From the NCBI GenBank assembly GCA_963812015.1, contig CAWETI010000003.1, forward strand, positions 224,001-288,000: a stretch of 64,000 nt of DNA, given 5' to 3'. Shown here in pieces: positions 28,932-38,546 of the stretch. Each line of letters opens with the position of its first letter. The stretch's first letter is position 1. The position numbers and the translations under genes are program-made. This stretch comes from an uncultured delta proteobacterium (GTDB lineage Bacteria > Desulfobacterota > Desulfobaccia > Desulfobaccales > 0-14-0-80-60-11). Below the pieces are notes generated by a model. That model searched no databases and had not been told where the DNA came from. It was given only the letters and a program-made list of their open reading frames with translations.

Positions 28932-28960
28932 CTCGTTCCCAAGTGCAACTTGGGAACGAG
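28932..28960. repeat. REP-like palindrome family C, inverted partner
   Basis: CTCGTTCCCAAG-TGCAA-CTTGGGAACGAG; its loop is the reverse complement of the loop in the 28184 copy. Confidence 0.8.
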
Positions 28961-28993
28961 GAAAGAGTAGAACTAGTAATAAAAAAGCTTTTA

Positions 28994-29022
28994 GCTGACC
29001 GCTGAAAGCTGACTGCTGATAG
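28994..29022 (+). repeat. short heptamer tandem repeat (GCTGAnn)n, right copy
   Basis: GCTGACC-GCTGAAA-GCTGACT-GCTGATA. Confidence 0.7.
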
Positions 29023-29028
29023 CTAAAA

Positions 29029-29874
29029 TTACCATCTCAGCAATTTTGCCAGGTTTTTCCCCAAAATCATCTCCCGCCAGTCTTCCGGCAGGTCGGCTGC
29101 CTCCAGCTCTTTCAGGTAGCGGCTGACGGGCAGCAGGGGGTAGTCGCTGCCGAAGATGATCTTCTCCGGGCCCACCATCTCCGCCGCCAGGCGGTAAATC
29201 TCCGGCCGGTAGAGGTAAGGGGAGGCGGCGGTATCGAAGTAGACCCGGCGCAGGACCTCGGGGCCTTCCTTTTTCATCAGGCCGTAAAAGGGCAGGCCGC
29301 CGCCCCAGTGGGCCAAAATCCAGTCGACTTCGGGAAAGGCCTTGATGGCCGAATATAAGGCTGGCAGGGACAGGGCGGCTTTCCCCGGGTAGGTGGGTCC
29401 CACCGGGTCGTTGGTGTGGAGCAAGAGGGGCGCCCGGTAATGCTGGCAAAGCTCAGCGATGGGCGCCAGCACCGCAGTCAGGTCCTCTCCCAGGTCGGTT
29501 TCATACCAGGCCAACTCGCCCACGCCCCGAAACCCCGAGGCCAGGCAGCGTTCTACTTCACGGCGGGCGCCGGGTTCCAGGATGTGCACCGCACAAAACC
29601 CCATGAGGGTTCGGGGAAAGCGGCGCATGGCCTCCAAAATCACTTCGTGCTGACGGCGCCAGAGGCCTTCCCGCCGCCAGGGAAAGCCCATGACCACCGC
29701 GGCCTCAACCCCGGCCTCGGCCATGGTCGCCACCATCTCCTCCGGCCCCACCAGCTTGGATTTGGGCGAATCGTACAGCAGGCGAAAGGCCGGCTCATCG
29801 GCAAAGTAATCCTCACGGTGGCGGCAGACTTCCTCCGGGAAGACATGGGTGTGACCATCCAGAATCATACTCAT
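29029..29874 (-). CDS. amidohydrolase family protein (Amidohydro_2)
   Basis: 'DGHTHVF', 'GVGEL', 'LLHT', 'ILAHWGGG', 'FDTAA', 'FGSDYP'. Confidence 0.9.
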   Translation of the reverse strand: MSMILDGHTHVFPEEVCRHREDYFADEPAFRLLYDSPKSKLVGPEEMVATMAEAGVEAAVVMGFPWRREGLWRRQHEVILEAMRRFPRTLMGFCAVHILEPGARREVERCLASGFRGVGELAWYETDLGEDLTAVLAPIAELCQHYRAPLLLHTNDPVGPTYPGKAALSLPALYSAIKAFPEVDWILAHWGGGLPFYGLMKKEGPEVLRRVYFDTAASPYLYRPEIYRLAAEMVGPEKIIFGSDYPLLPVSRYLKELEAADLPEDWREMILGKNLAKLLRW

Positions 29875-30024
29875 ACTATGGCGCTAAACGTCTTGAGGCG
29901 CAAGCCCTTTCTGGGATGGATAACCATCGGGAAAAGCTGATTTTTTCCCATGGCCGGCGGCCGGCGGCCGCAAATCGGCCCTTTTCCCTTGGTTTGCCCC
30001 CCTTTTTTGGATAAAATATCCATA

Positions 30025-30933
30025 ATGTCAACGATCTGGAGAGTTCTCGCCTTTTTCCTGCTGGGGTGGCTGGCCATCCCCGGAACCCCCACCTGGGCGG
30101 CCGGGCCGTTTACCTACCGCTTGCCCCAGGGCTCGGGGGTGGACCCGGCCGCGGTCACCGTGGTCGGCGAACCTCAGACCCACCACATCGTGCGCTATGA
30201 GAATCTCTATAAGATCGCCCGGGATTACGACCTGGGGTTCTGGGAGCTGGCCAATTTTCACCGCTCCCTGGATCACTTCTATCTGCCCTGGGAAACCGAT
30301 ATCGTCATTCCCACCCAATGGATCATCCCCCAAGTCGCCAATCCTCCCGGTTACCTGATCAATGTGGCCGAGCTCCGGGGCTACCGGTTTTTCCCGGATA
30401 AGCACGAAGTCTGGACCTATCCCATCGGCATCGGGGTCTTCGAATACAAAACTCCCATCGGCAAGCATTTCCGGGTGCAGAACAAAGCGGTCGATCCCGG
30501 CTGGCGTATCCCCCCGGGCCTCCAGGCCAAATACGGCATGGCCTATATGCCGCCGGGGGAAGACTGTCCCGTGGGCAACCGCTGGATGGGCTTGTCCCAC
30601 TACGGCCTCCACGGCACCCACGCCCCCATGGGGGTGGGCCGCCTGGTCAGCCACGGCTGTATCCGCCACTACCCCGAGGACATTATCAAGCTCTTTGACA
30701 TGACCCCGGTGGGCACCTCGGTGGAGATGATTTATGAGCCGGTGAAATTCGGTTTTCTCCAGGGGCGCGCCTATGTGGAGGTGCATCAGGACATCTACTC
30801 CCGGATCCCGGATATGCTCCAATACGCCATAAAGCGCCTCCAGGACACCAACCTGGCCGGCCGGATCAACTGGGACCGCTTCATTATGGCCGTGGAAGAA
30901 AAAACTGGGGCTCCGGTCGATATTAGCCGATAA
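30025..30933 (+). CDS. L,D-transpeptidase (ErfK/YcfS/YnhG family)
   Basis: Signal peptide, 'INVAELR', 'YPIGIG', 'YGLHGT..GVGRLVSHGCIR'. Confidence 0.93.
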   Translation: MSTIWRVLAFFLLGWLAIPGTPTWAAGPFTYRLPQGSGVDPAAVTVVGEPQTHHIVRYENLYKIARDYDLGFWELANFHRSLDHFYLPWETDIVIPTQWIIPQVANPPGYLINVAELRGYRFFPDKHEVWTYPIGIGVFEYKTPIGKHFRVQNKAVDPGWRIPPGLQAKYGMAYMPPGEDCPVGNRWMGLSHYGLHGTHAPMGVGRLVSHGCIRHYPEDIIKLFDMTPVGTSVEMIYEPVKFGFLQGRAYVEVHQDIYSRIPDMLQYAIKRLQDTNLAGRINWDRFIMAVEEKTGAPVDISR

Positions 30934-30966
30934 ATCTTACACCTCCTCAATCCCGTCGGGATTATC

Positions 30967-31168
30967 CCTGCCAGGAGAGAACCAGAGTGGGGCGAGGGGT
31001 CGTCTCTGTGCCTGACTTCCCCTTAACCGGCTGGTATTTCCTTCCGGCGCAACATCCTTGATTCCGGTTCCGACGTGTTATAGGGAAAGGTATCCGCATG
31101 CCGCCTCCAGCGCCCGGCAGGTTATGCCATAATTTTGGCTTCCCGGCCTCGCCAGGTGTCCTGGCAGG
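30967..31168. ncRNA. candidate ~200-nt rod-like structured RNA (6S-like shape), unconfirmed
   Basis: Nested inverted stems CCTGCCAGGA/TCCTGGCAGG, GGCGAGG/CCTCGCC, CCTG/CAGG and GCTGG/CCAGC span the whole intergenic gap. Confidence 0.3.
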
Positions 31169-31207
31169 AAAAATAAGGTTGATTTGACCCGCAACCGGGA
31201 TAGTCGC

Positions 31208-32736
31208 ATGGAACCGGACAACGTGAAGCATCGCCTCCTGAGTCTCAAGGCCGCTACGTTTCTTTTAATAGTGATCTTTTGTCTCTGGCGCTTGAGCGCT
31301 ACCACGGCGGACCCGGATCTGTGGGGCTACCTGGCCTTTGGCCGGCTGTTCTGGGGTCAAGAACAATTTCCCTATCTCGATGTCTTTGCTTATGTTCCCA
31401 CCCTGAAGCCCTGGGTCTATCATGAATGGCTCACCGGGGTGGTATTTTACCCAATTTACTGGACCCTGGGGGCCCCCGGCCTCCAGGTGCTCAAGTATGC
31501 TTTTGGCCTGGCTACCGGGGGCGCGATCTACCTCACCGCCCGCCGGCGCGGCGCCGATTTTCTGACCACGGCCCTTATATTATGTGTTTGCCTCGTGGGC
31601 ATGTCGTTTGGTTACAGCCCGGTCCGGGCCCAGGTGTTCACTACTTCTTTTTTGCCCTTTTCCTCTACCTCCTGGAGGACGCCAGGCTGTCGGGGGACTG
31701 GGGTAAGCTATGGCTCCTGGTGCCGATCCAGATCGTCTGGTGTAACCTGCACGGCGGTTTTCTCGCCGGCTTGGGGTTGGCGCTGTTATACGCCGTGGGG
31801 GAAGCCCTGTCTCGCCGGCCTTTCTGGCCCTACCTTTTGTGGTTCCTATTGTCCGGCCTGGCCACGGTGATCAACCCCTATGGCCTGAAATACTGGAGTT
31901 ACCTGGCCCAGGCGGTGACGATGCCGCGTCCTGAAATCACTGAATGGGTTTCGGCATTTGAAGCGTATAAACATGGCTTTTTGGCCGGTCAAGAATTTGG
32001 CTACAGCCTGGCCTTGATCGCCGTGGCGGTCTCTTTGTCCTGGTGGGCCCGCTGGCGGGAAATCACCCCGGCCCTGGTACTCCTGTTCACCGGTTACCTG
32101 GCGGTAACCCACAGTCGGCACCTGGTCTTGTTTGCCTTGACCTTCGGGGCTTATATACCTGCCTTGCTCACCGCTTATTTCCGGGAATTAAGCACCCGGC
32201 CCGGTTGCATGGATTGGGTGCATCGCCTGGGCTGGAAAATCCCCGCCCTGGCGATAATCTCCCTCACCTGCTTGTTCGCCTTCCGGTTAGCCAGTCGCCA
32301 TCCCCTGCAACTGGTAGCCACCTCAGAACCGCGTGGGGGAGTTGCAACCGGGATGTATTATCCGGTGGGCGCCATTGATTATTTAGAGCAGCGTCATCTT
32401 TCGGGAAAATTATTGGTTGATTTCACTTGGGGAGAATATTGTCTCTGGAAATTATACCCTCGATGCCGTGTGGCTCTTGATGGACGTTACGAGACCGTTT
32501 ATCCCGAAAATGTGCATAAGGAATATTTCGATTTTCTCATGGCCCGCAAGGGTTGGCGAAATTTTTTGGACCATTATCCGCCGGACCTGATCTTGATTGA
32601 ACTCCGCTCCGAGCTGCATGGCCTTTTGAGCCGCGATCCCGAGTGGCGCCAGGTTTATGCCGATCCCGGCTGTGTTCTGTTCCGGCGACACCGACAGATC
32701 CCGCCCGGACCGGCTCAGGCCTCCAGCCAACCGTGA
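31208..32736 (+). pseudogene. frameshifted polytopic membrane protein (GT-C-like)
   Basis: 'DPDLWGYLAFGR..HEWL..VRAQVFT' in one frame; 'YFFFALF..WCNLHGGF..INPYG..DGRYE' in the -1 frame; switch at about 31640-31653. Confidence 0.75.
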
Positions 32737-32824
32737 GGTCCGGCCTTCGAGGGGGCCGCCGACGTGACCGGCGTTCGTTGGCGACGCAGCCGGATTTTTT
32801 TGCCACTAAAGGTTCTGGAACCTC

Positions 32825-34165
32825 ATGACGTACGATTGCCTGATCCATAATGCCCTGGTCCTGACCCTGGCGCCCGGCGCCAAGCCTCTTTCTCACGGCT
32901 ATGCGGCGGTTGAGGGGGGAAAAATCGCCGCGCTGGGGCAGGCCGATGCTATACAAGACCTCCCCCCCGCCCGGGAGCGTCTGGACGTCCATGGGGCCCT
33001 GGTCCTTCCCGGTTTGGTCAATACCCATTGCCACGCTCCCATGGTCTGGTTCCGGGGCCTGGCCGACGACCTCCCCTTGCAGCAATGGCTCACGGAGTGC
33101 ATCTTTCCCGCCGAGGCCGGCTGGCTCGATGCCGACAAGGTCTATTGGGGCGCGCTCCTGGCCGCGGCCGAAATGATCCGGGGAGGCGTCACCACCGTGG
33201 CCGACGGCTATTTTTTTGAGGCCGCGGTGCGCCAGGCCCTGGCTGACGCCGGCCTCCGGGCCGTGGTGGCCCAGGGGGTAGTGGACTTCCCGGCTCCCGG
33301 CGTCCCGGACCCCGCCCGCAACCTCGAGGTGGCCGCAGAATTTCTGGACACGGGCTCGGCCTACCGGGACCGGCTCACTTCGGCCGTCTTCTGCCACTCC
33401 CCCTATACCTGCGGGCCGGAGACCCTGCAAAAGGCCAAGGACCTGACCCGGGCCCGGGGGGTGCCCTTTTTCCTCCACCTGGCCGAGACTCGGCAGGAAG
33501 TCGACGACCTCACGTGCCGGACCGGCCTGTCCCCGGGAGCTTACCTGGACCGTTTGGGCGTCCTGGATGAGCTAACGGTGGCGGTTCACGCCGTGTGGCT
33601 CCCGCCCCCCGACCGGGAACTCCTGGCCCGCCGGGGTGTAAAGGTGAGCCATTGTCCCGAAAGCAATCTGAAGCTGGCGGCCGGTGTCGCCCCCATCCCC
33701 GATCTGCTCAAACTCGGGGTGACGGTGGGGCTGGGGACGGATGGGGCCGCCTCCAACAACAACCTCGACCTCTGGGGCGAAATGAGCCTGGCGGCCCGGC
33801 TCCACAAGGTCTGGGGCCATGACCCCACCCTGCTGCCCGCCGCCCAGGTGGTGGGGCTGGCCACCCGGGAGGGTGCGCAAGTCCTGGGGCTGGGCGAGAT
33901 CACCGGGACCCTGGAGATCGGCAAAGCCGCCGACCTGATTGTGGTGGACGTAAACCAGCCCCACCTCACCCCGCTCTACGACCCTTACTCCCATCTGGTC
34001 TATGCGGCCCGGGCCGCCGACGTGCGGCATGTCATGGTGGGCGGCCGCTGGCTTCTCCATGACCGCCGGTTCACCACCCTGGATTGGCCCGCCCTCGCCG
34101 GTAAAGCCCGGAAGCACCGCCGGGACCTGGCCGCCTTCTGCCGGCAACTCCGGCCCCGCTCCTGA
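32825..34165 (+). CDS. mtaD: 5-methylthioadenosine/S-adenosylhomocysteine deaminase-like amidohydrolase
   Basis: 'PGLVNTHCH', 'RGLADDLPLQQWL', 'HSPYTC', 'HLAET', 'HCPESNLKLA', 'GTDGAASNN'. Confidence 0.85.
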   Translation: MTYDCLIHNALVLTLAPGAKPLSHGYAAVEGGKIAALGQADAIQDLPPARERLDVHGALVLPGLVNTHCHAPMVWFRGLADDLPLQQWLTECIFPAEAGWLDADKVYWGALLAAAEMIRGGVTTVADGYFFEAAVRQALADAGLRAVVAQGVVDFPAPGVPDPARNLEVAAEFLDTGSAYRDRLTSAVFCHSPYTCGPETLQKAKDLTRARGVPFFLHLAETRQEVDDLTCRTGLSPGAYLDRLGVLDELTVAVHAVWLPPPDRELLARRGVKVSHCPESNLKLAAGVAPIPDLLKLGVTVGLGTDGAASNNNLDLWGEMSLAARLHKVWGHDPTLLPAAQVVGLATREGAQVLGLGEITGTLEIGKAADLIVVDVNQPHLTPLYDPYSHLVYAARAADVRHVMVGGRWLLHDRRFTTLDWPALAGKARKHRRDLAAFCRQLRPRS

Positions 34166-34261
34166 CCTGACCACTGGCGCTTCGGGAAAAATCTGATAGA
34201 ATTTAACCGGGTTAAGGATCCCGAATCCGGTAATCTCTCTATACAAGGAAAAGCGGCGCCC

Positions 34262-35812
34262 ATGGCCAGAACCCACGTCCAGACCAGGGAATTCCTCGCC
34301 TCCCGACTTGACTTCCTCATTAATACCCCCGAGGTCCTGCGCCTGGTGAATGACATCACCACCTGCACCGTGGAGTGGGAAGACCATCCAGACCTGGAAG
34401 CCCTGGAGCAGGCCGGCGGCCGGGAGCTCTTTCCCTGCTTCACCACCTACCTCCAGCGGCACCCCATGGAAGTCCGGGGGGTCATTTATCCAAACCTGAC
34501 GGAAAATGAGCACGTCATCTCCCATGTGATCCGGCTGGACTTGGCGGATTTCCAATTTTTTTTCCGGCTGCGCACTACCCAGACCGCTTTCCTGCTCTCC
34601 CCCTTCCACTGCCGGTTCCTCAGCATGCTCTTCGGGCGGCTGGTGATCCAGCATTTGTCTCTGGCGGCCCGGGAACAGGAGGGCTTCTACCCCTTTACCC
34701 CCTACTCCCTGGAAGAACAGGTGGTGGCCGACTATCTCCAGAGCCTGACCCAGGCGCCCTGCGCCACCATCAAGCTGGACGCCCAGGACAACCCCTATAT
34801 CGGCTCCATGCTCTACACCGCCGCCGACTTGCGCCGCTGCGGCATGCTGGACAAAGTGCGGGAGGAGGCCATCATCCGGGCTTGGCGCCTGTTCAAGCGT
34901 CTCCTCTATTATTCGGTGGAAGGGGAACGCCTGTTCACCGGGTTTGCCATTTTGACCAACTACCGCCCCTTAGAGTACTACCGCCAGCGGTGGCCTTCCC
35001 TCCTCTGGTTTCATGAAGCCAACTATACCGCCCTGGACCAGGGGCTGCAGGGCCTCCGACAGTTCCTCCTCAACGCCGATGGCCGCTCCACCTTCCTGGC
35101 CTCGTACAACAGCCGGATCGTGGGCCTCCTCAAGTTTACTCAAGGAACCCACCGGCAGCTTGCCACCACCATTGCCTGGCGTACGGTGCTGCCCCTGGCC
35201 ACCATTTCCCACCGGGGCCAGGTAAGCTTTTGGGTCGCCTTGAAGGGCCGCAAAAACCCGCGCATCCGCCTCTCCCTCCTGGAATACCGCCAGGGCCACC
35301 TCCACATCCCCCTGTTCCAGGACATTTTCTGGCAGGAGATGGAGCGCCAGTTAAAGGAGGTCTGCCCCCGCTGCAGTATCGAAGGGGCCGGGACCGTGCC
35401 CCGCCTCAAGTCATTGCTGGAGGTGGTGCGTCGCAGCGGCCACGGCGCCATCTTCCTCCTGGGGATGAGCCAGGACCGGCTCGATGACCCTCACACCCCC
35501 ATTGAAAACCAGGTGCGTCTGGCCCAGCCGGCGCCCCTCGCCGAACCGTGGCTCCAACACTTCATCGGCCTGGCCAAGTCCGACGGCGCCGTGATCTTCA
35601 ACGACCGGCTGGAGGCCTGCCAGTTCCGGGCCCGACTGAAACCCGCCAACATCTGCCTGCTGCCGGACCAGGACGACCTGGGCGGCGGTATGCGCCACCA
35701 GGTAACCCGGGAGTTTACGGCCTATGCCCTGGACGTCTTGGGCATCTGCGTCTCCCAGGACAGTTATATCTCCCTCTACCGCCACGGCAAGCTGGTGAGT
35801 AGGTTGTATTAG
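34262..35812 (+). CDS. protein with C-terminal DisA_N/DAC-like domain
   Basis: C-terminal 'HGAIFLL', 'LAKSDGAVIF', 'GGGMRHQ', 'ICVSQD' match the DAC fold (DGA, RHR-like, VSE-like); N-terminal ~370 aa unrecognised. Confidence 0.7.
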   Translation: MARTHVQTREFLASRLDFLINTPEVLRLVNDITTCTVEWEDHPDLEALEQAGGRELFPCFTTYLQRHPMEVRGVIYPNLTENEHVISHVIRLDLADFQFFFRLRTTQTAFLLSPFHCRFLSMLFGRLVIQHLSLAAREQEGFYPFTPYSLEEQVVADYLQSLTQAPCATIKLDAQDNPYIGSMLYTAADLRRCGMLDKVREEAIIRAWRLFKRLLYYSVEGERLFTGFAILTNYRPLEYYRQRWPSLLWFHEANYTALDQGLQGLRQFLLNADGRSTFLASYNSRIVGLLKFTQGTHRQLATTIAWRTVLPLATISHRGQVSFWVALKGRKNPRIRLSLLEYRQGHLHIPLFQDIFWQEMERQLKEVCPRCSIEGAGTVPRLKSLLEVVRRSGHGAIFLLGMSQDRLDDPHTPIENQVRLAQPAPLAEPWLQHFIGLAKSDGAVIFNDRLEACQFRARLKPANICLLPDQDDLGGGMRHQVTREFTAYALDVLGICVSQDSYISLYRHGKLVSRLY

Positions 35813-35822
35813 GAAAGAAAAT

Positions 35823-35885
35823 TTGAGGGGAGGGCCGGGGGACGCGAGTCCCCCGCCCTCCCCTCAAGCTCCCCTCCCAACCCCC
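35823..35885. repeat. palindromic repeat family A
   Basis: TTGAGGGGAGGG...CCCTCCCCTCAA plus CTCCCCTCCCAACCCC, as at 39871. Confidence 0.75.
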
Positions 35886-35892
35886 TTTAAAA

Positions 35893-35918
35893 GTAGGGGC
35901 GACCCGCTGGGTCGCCCT
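35893..35918. repeat. GTAG-type REP hairpin
   Basis: GTAG-GGGCGACCC-GCT-GGGTCGCCC; related copies at 36007 and 46808. Confidence 0.7.
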
Positions 35919-36006
35919 TGCATGAGGGATTGGAGACCGAGAGGTATCCCGTTCTCAGGCTCCCCTTGGGAACCAGAAAAAATTGGCTGGCGTTGCCAGA
36001 GACCAT

Positions 36007-36029
36007 GTAGCCGCAGGCTTTAGCCTGCG
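36007..36029. repeat. GTAG-type REP hairpin
   Basis: GTAG-C-CGCAGGCT-TT-AGCCTGCG. Confidence 0.6.
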
Positions 36030-36080
36030 TTTACCAAGGTGGGTGACTGTTCCCAGTTGCTCACGAATCGGAGGATCACC

Positions 36081-36275
36081 ATGACCATGGAGCACTATGT
36101 CCGCGCCATCGCCGGCAGTTTCATCTTGCTGTCTCTGCTTTTGGGCTATGTCTACACCCCCTACTGGCACCTTTTCACCGCCTTTGTGGGCGCCAACCTC
36201 CTCCAGTCGGCCTTCACTAAGTGGTGCCTGATGGAAGACATCTTGCATAAACTGGGCGTGCCCAAGGCTGGCTAA
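36081..36275 (+). CDS. DUF2892 (YgaP-like) small membrane protein
   Basis: 'VRAIAGSF', 'FVGANLLQSAFTKWCLM'; RBS GGAGG. Confidence 0.9.
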   Translation: MTMEHYVRAIAGSFILLSLLLGYVYTPYWHLFTAFVGANLLQSAFTKWCLMEDILHKLGVPKAG

Positions 36276-36345
36276 TCTTTGGTGGCATAGGCTTTCCAAC
36301 CTGTGCAGCCGCAGGCCGAAGGCTAAGATTAAGAGGAGACCACGC

Positions 36346-37218
36346 ATGCGGTTAAAGGACAAGGTCGCGATTATCACCGGCGCCGGCACCGGCATCGGCG
36401 AGGCCATCGCCCATAAGTTCGCCCGGGAAGGGGCCTGCCTGGTTTTGAACGGCCTGCCCACCGATCCGGTGCGGGAGGTGGCGGAGGCCATCGTGGCCGG
36501 CGGCGGCCAGGCGGTCGCATATCTCGGCGATGTGGCCGAAGAAACCGCGGCCCGGGCCTGTGTGGCTCTCGCCCTTCAACACTTCGGTCGCCTCGATGTC
36601 CTGGTGAACAACGCCGGCATCTTCATCGCCAACGCCGAAACCGACGACTACCGGATTGAGGATTTCGACCGCACGGTGCGGCATAATCTCCGCACCGCCT
36701 TTCTCATGACCAAGTTCGCCCTGCCGTATCTCCAGAAAAGCCGCGGCAACATTATTTGCGCCGGCTCCGAGGCGGGATGCAACGGCTCGCCGGGATTCAC
36801 TCCGTATGGCGGCAGCAAGGCTTTTTTACATGCCTTTATGCAGGGGGTGGCATTAGAGCAGGCCAAATATGGCGTGCGGGCCAACTGCGTCTGCCCCGGC
36901 CCCATCGACACCGCCTGGACGCGTCCGGACACCGGTCCCCTGGACGAAGCCATGGCGAAGTCGATTGATGCCGTCGTGCCCCTGGGCCGCCGGGGCACCC
37001 CGGAAGAAATGGCGAATATCTATGCTTTCCTGGCTTCCGATGAGGCCAGCTATGTGACGGGGGCGCTGTGGCTGGCCGACGGGGGTGTCACCCCCGCCAA
37101 GGACAGTATGGGAGCCAACGTGCCGGAGGAGCTTCGCCGGGCCCCGGCGGGGGTATTGCCGCTGCGCCATTCCCATGACGGCGAGAACGGCAAGGAAGTA
37201 TATCGCGCTAAGAAATAG
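36346..37218 (+). CDS. SDR-family oxidoreductase
   Basis: 'TGAGTGIG', 'LVNNAG', 'YGGSK', 'VRANCVCPG', 'DGG'. Confidence 0.95.
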   Translation: MRLKDKVAIITGAGTGIGEAIAHKFAREGACLVLNGLPTDPVREVAEAIVAGGGQAVAYLGDVAEETAARACVALALQHFGRLDVLVNNAGIFIANAETDDYRIEDFDRTVRHNLRTAFLMTKFALPYLQKSRGNIICAGSEAGCNGSPGFTPYGGSKAFLHAFMQGVALEQAKYGVRANCVCPGPIDTAWTRPDTGPLDEAMAKSIDAVVPLGRRGTPEEMANIYAFLASDEASYVTGALWLADGGVTPAKDSMGANVPEELRRAPAGVLPLRHSHDGENGKEVYRAKK

Positions 37219-37416
37219 GTCGCCGCGGGGCGATCCGTGAGCGTCATTAGCCTTTATTTGGTCTTTAAGCGGGGTTTGGGAACGATAATAAATTAAAACT
37301 TGAATTATAAGATAGATTGCATTAAGATTTTCTTAAATATTAGCGGATTTAGTAAATAGCAATTATAATATCGGTCAAAACCGAATCAACCTATTTCAAT
37401 AAGCAGGAGAAACATT

Positions 37417-38508
37417 ATGGCGGAAAAGGATTCTTCTGAGATTGAAACTGCCCCAAAGCCAAAACGTACACGGAGGAGCCAGAGTGACGTCCCGCGGCTC
37501 TCATTGCGAGAGGTGCTTACTGTTGCTCAAGCAATCACCGACAATTTCGCAGGCCAACCGACTGCGCCTCATCAAATAGCAATGGCTCTCGGGATTTCGC
37601 CAACTTCATCTGCATGGCGCACACTCACAGGCGCCGCGGTTGCATACGGCCTTACTACAGGAGCTTATAACTCAGCAAAGATTGGACTGCAGGAACTTGG
37701 GCGCCGCGCAACAGCGCCGACAGAAGAGGGTGACGATACAAGGGCGAAAGCAGAGGCAGCTCTAAAACCAAGAATATTCGCCCAGTTCTTCACGAAATAT
37801 AACCGGAATAAGTTCCCCCCAGACAACATTGCGAAAAATGTTCTGCAACTAGATTTTTCGGTTCCATTGGACCGAGTAGAAGATGCGCTGTCAACCCTTA
37901 AGGATAACGGCGCTTTTGTAGGATTTATACATCAGACTAAAACCGGACCTTTTGTCTCCACAGAAGATTTAAAGCCTTCGCCAGTTACCCTGACAACCTC
38001 TGAGCCGGAAATCTTAGAAGAAAAGCCAGCTTCTGCATATATTGAAAACGAGCCACAGTCACCTGCAGGCACACATCCAACAAAGACTGAGGGGAGAACA
38101 TTTAAGGTATTTATCAGCCACGGCAAGAATATGAATATCGTCGACCAAGTTAAAGACGTTCTTGAACTTTACGATATTGATTATGAAGTCGCAGTTGAGG
38201 AAGAAACGACTGCTATTCCTGTACCGCAGAAAGTCTTGGCTGCGATGCGACGTTGTGATAATGGCATCATGATTGTTTCTGCAGATGACGATGCGGCGGC
38301 CGCGGCAGGAACTATAAACAATAATGTGCTAATAGAAATCAGAGCGGCATTTGTGCTTTATGATCAAAAGGTGGTATTGCTTTGGGATAAGCGGATGAAG
38401 GTGCCATCGAATCTACAGGGTTTGTATCGTTGCGAGTTCGAAGGAAATCAACTTTCATTTGCCGCTGGAACTAAGTTAGCGAAGGCAGTCAAAGGATTTC
38501 GGAAGTGA
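37417..38508 (+). CDS. AT-rich gene with C-terminal TIR-like nucleotide-binding domain
   Basis: 'KVFISHG', 'NNNVLIEI', 'VPSNLQGL'; RBS AGGAG; AT-rich 5' flank. Confidence 0.8.
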   Translation: MAEKDSSEIETAPKPKRTRRSQSDVPRLSLREVLTVAQAITDNFAGQPTAPHQIAMALGISPTSSAWRTLTGAAVAYGLTTGAYNSAKIGLQELGRRATAPTEEGDDTRAKAEAALKPRIFAQFFTKYNRNKFPPDNIAKNVLQLDFSVPLDRVEDALSTLKDNGAFVGFIHQTKTGPFVSTEDLKPSPVTLTTSEPEILEEKPASAYIENEPQSPAGTHPTKTEGRTFKVFISHGKNMNIVDQVKDVLELYDIDYEVAVEEETTAIPVPQKVLAAMRRCDNGIMIVSADDDAAAAAGTINNNVLIEIRAAFVLYDQKVVLLWDKRMKVPSNLQGLYRCEFEGNQLSFAAGTKLAKAVKGFRK

Positions 38509-38546
38509 GTGCCCCACAATTGCTTATAGCCTCCAACCTAGTGTGG

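Noticed and set aside
34262..38508. DAC-like protein and TIR-like gene as one cyclic-nucleotide defence system
   Set aside because: They are separated by repeats and two unrelated genes, differ in base composition, and the TIR protein shows no recognisable nucleotide-sensor domain.
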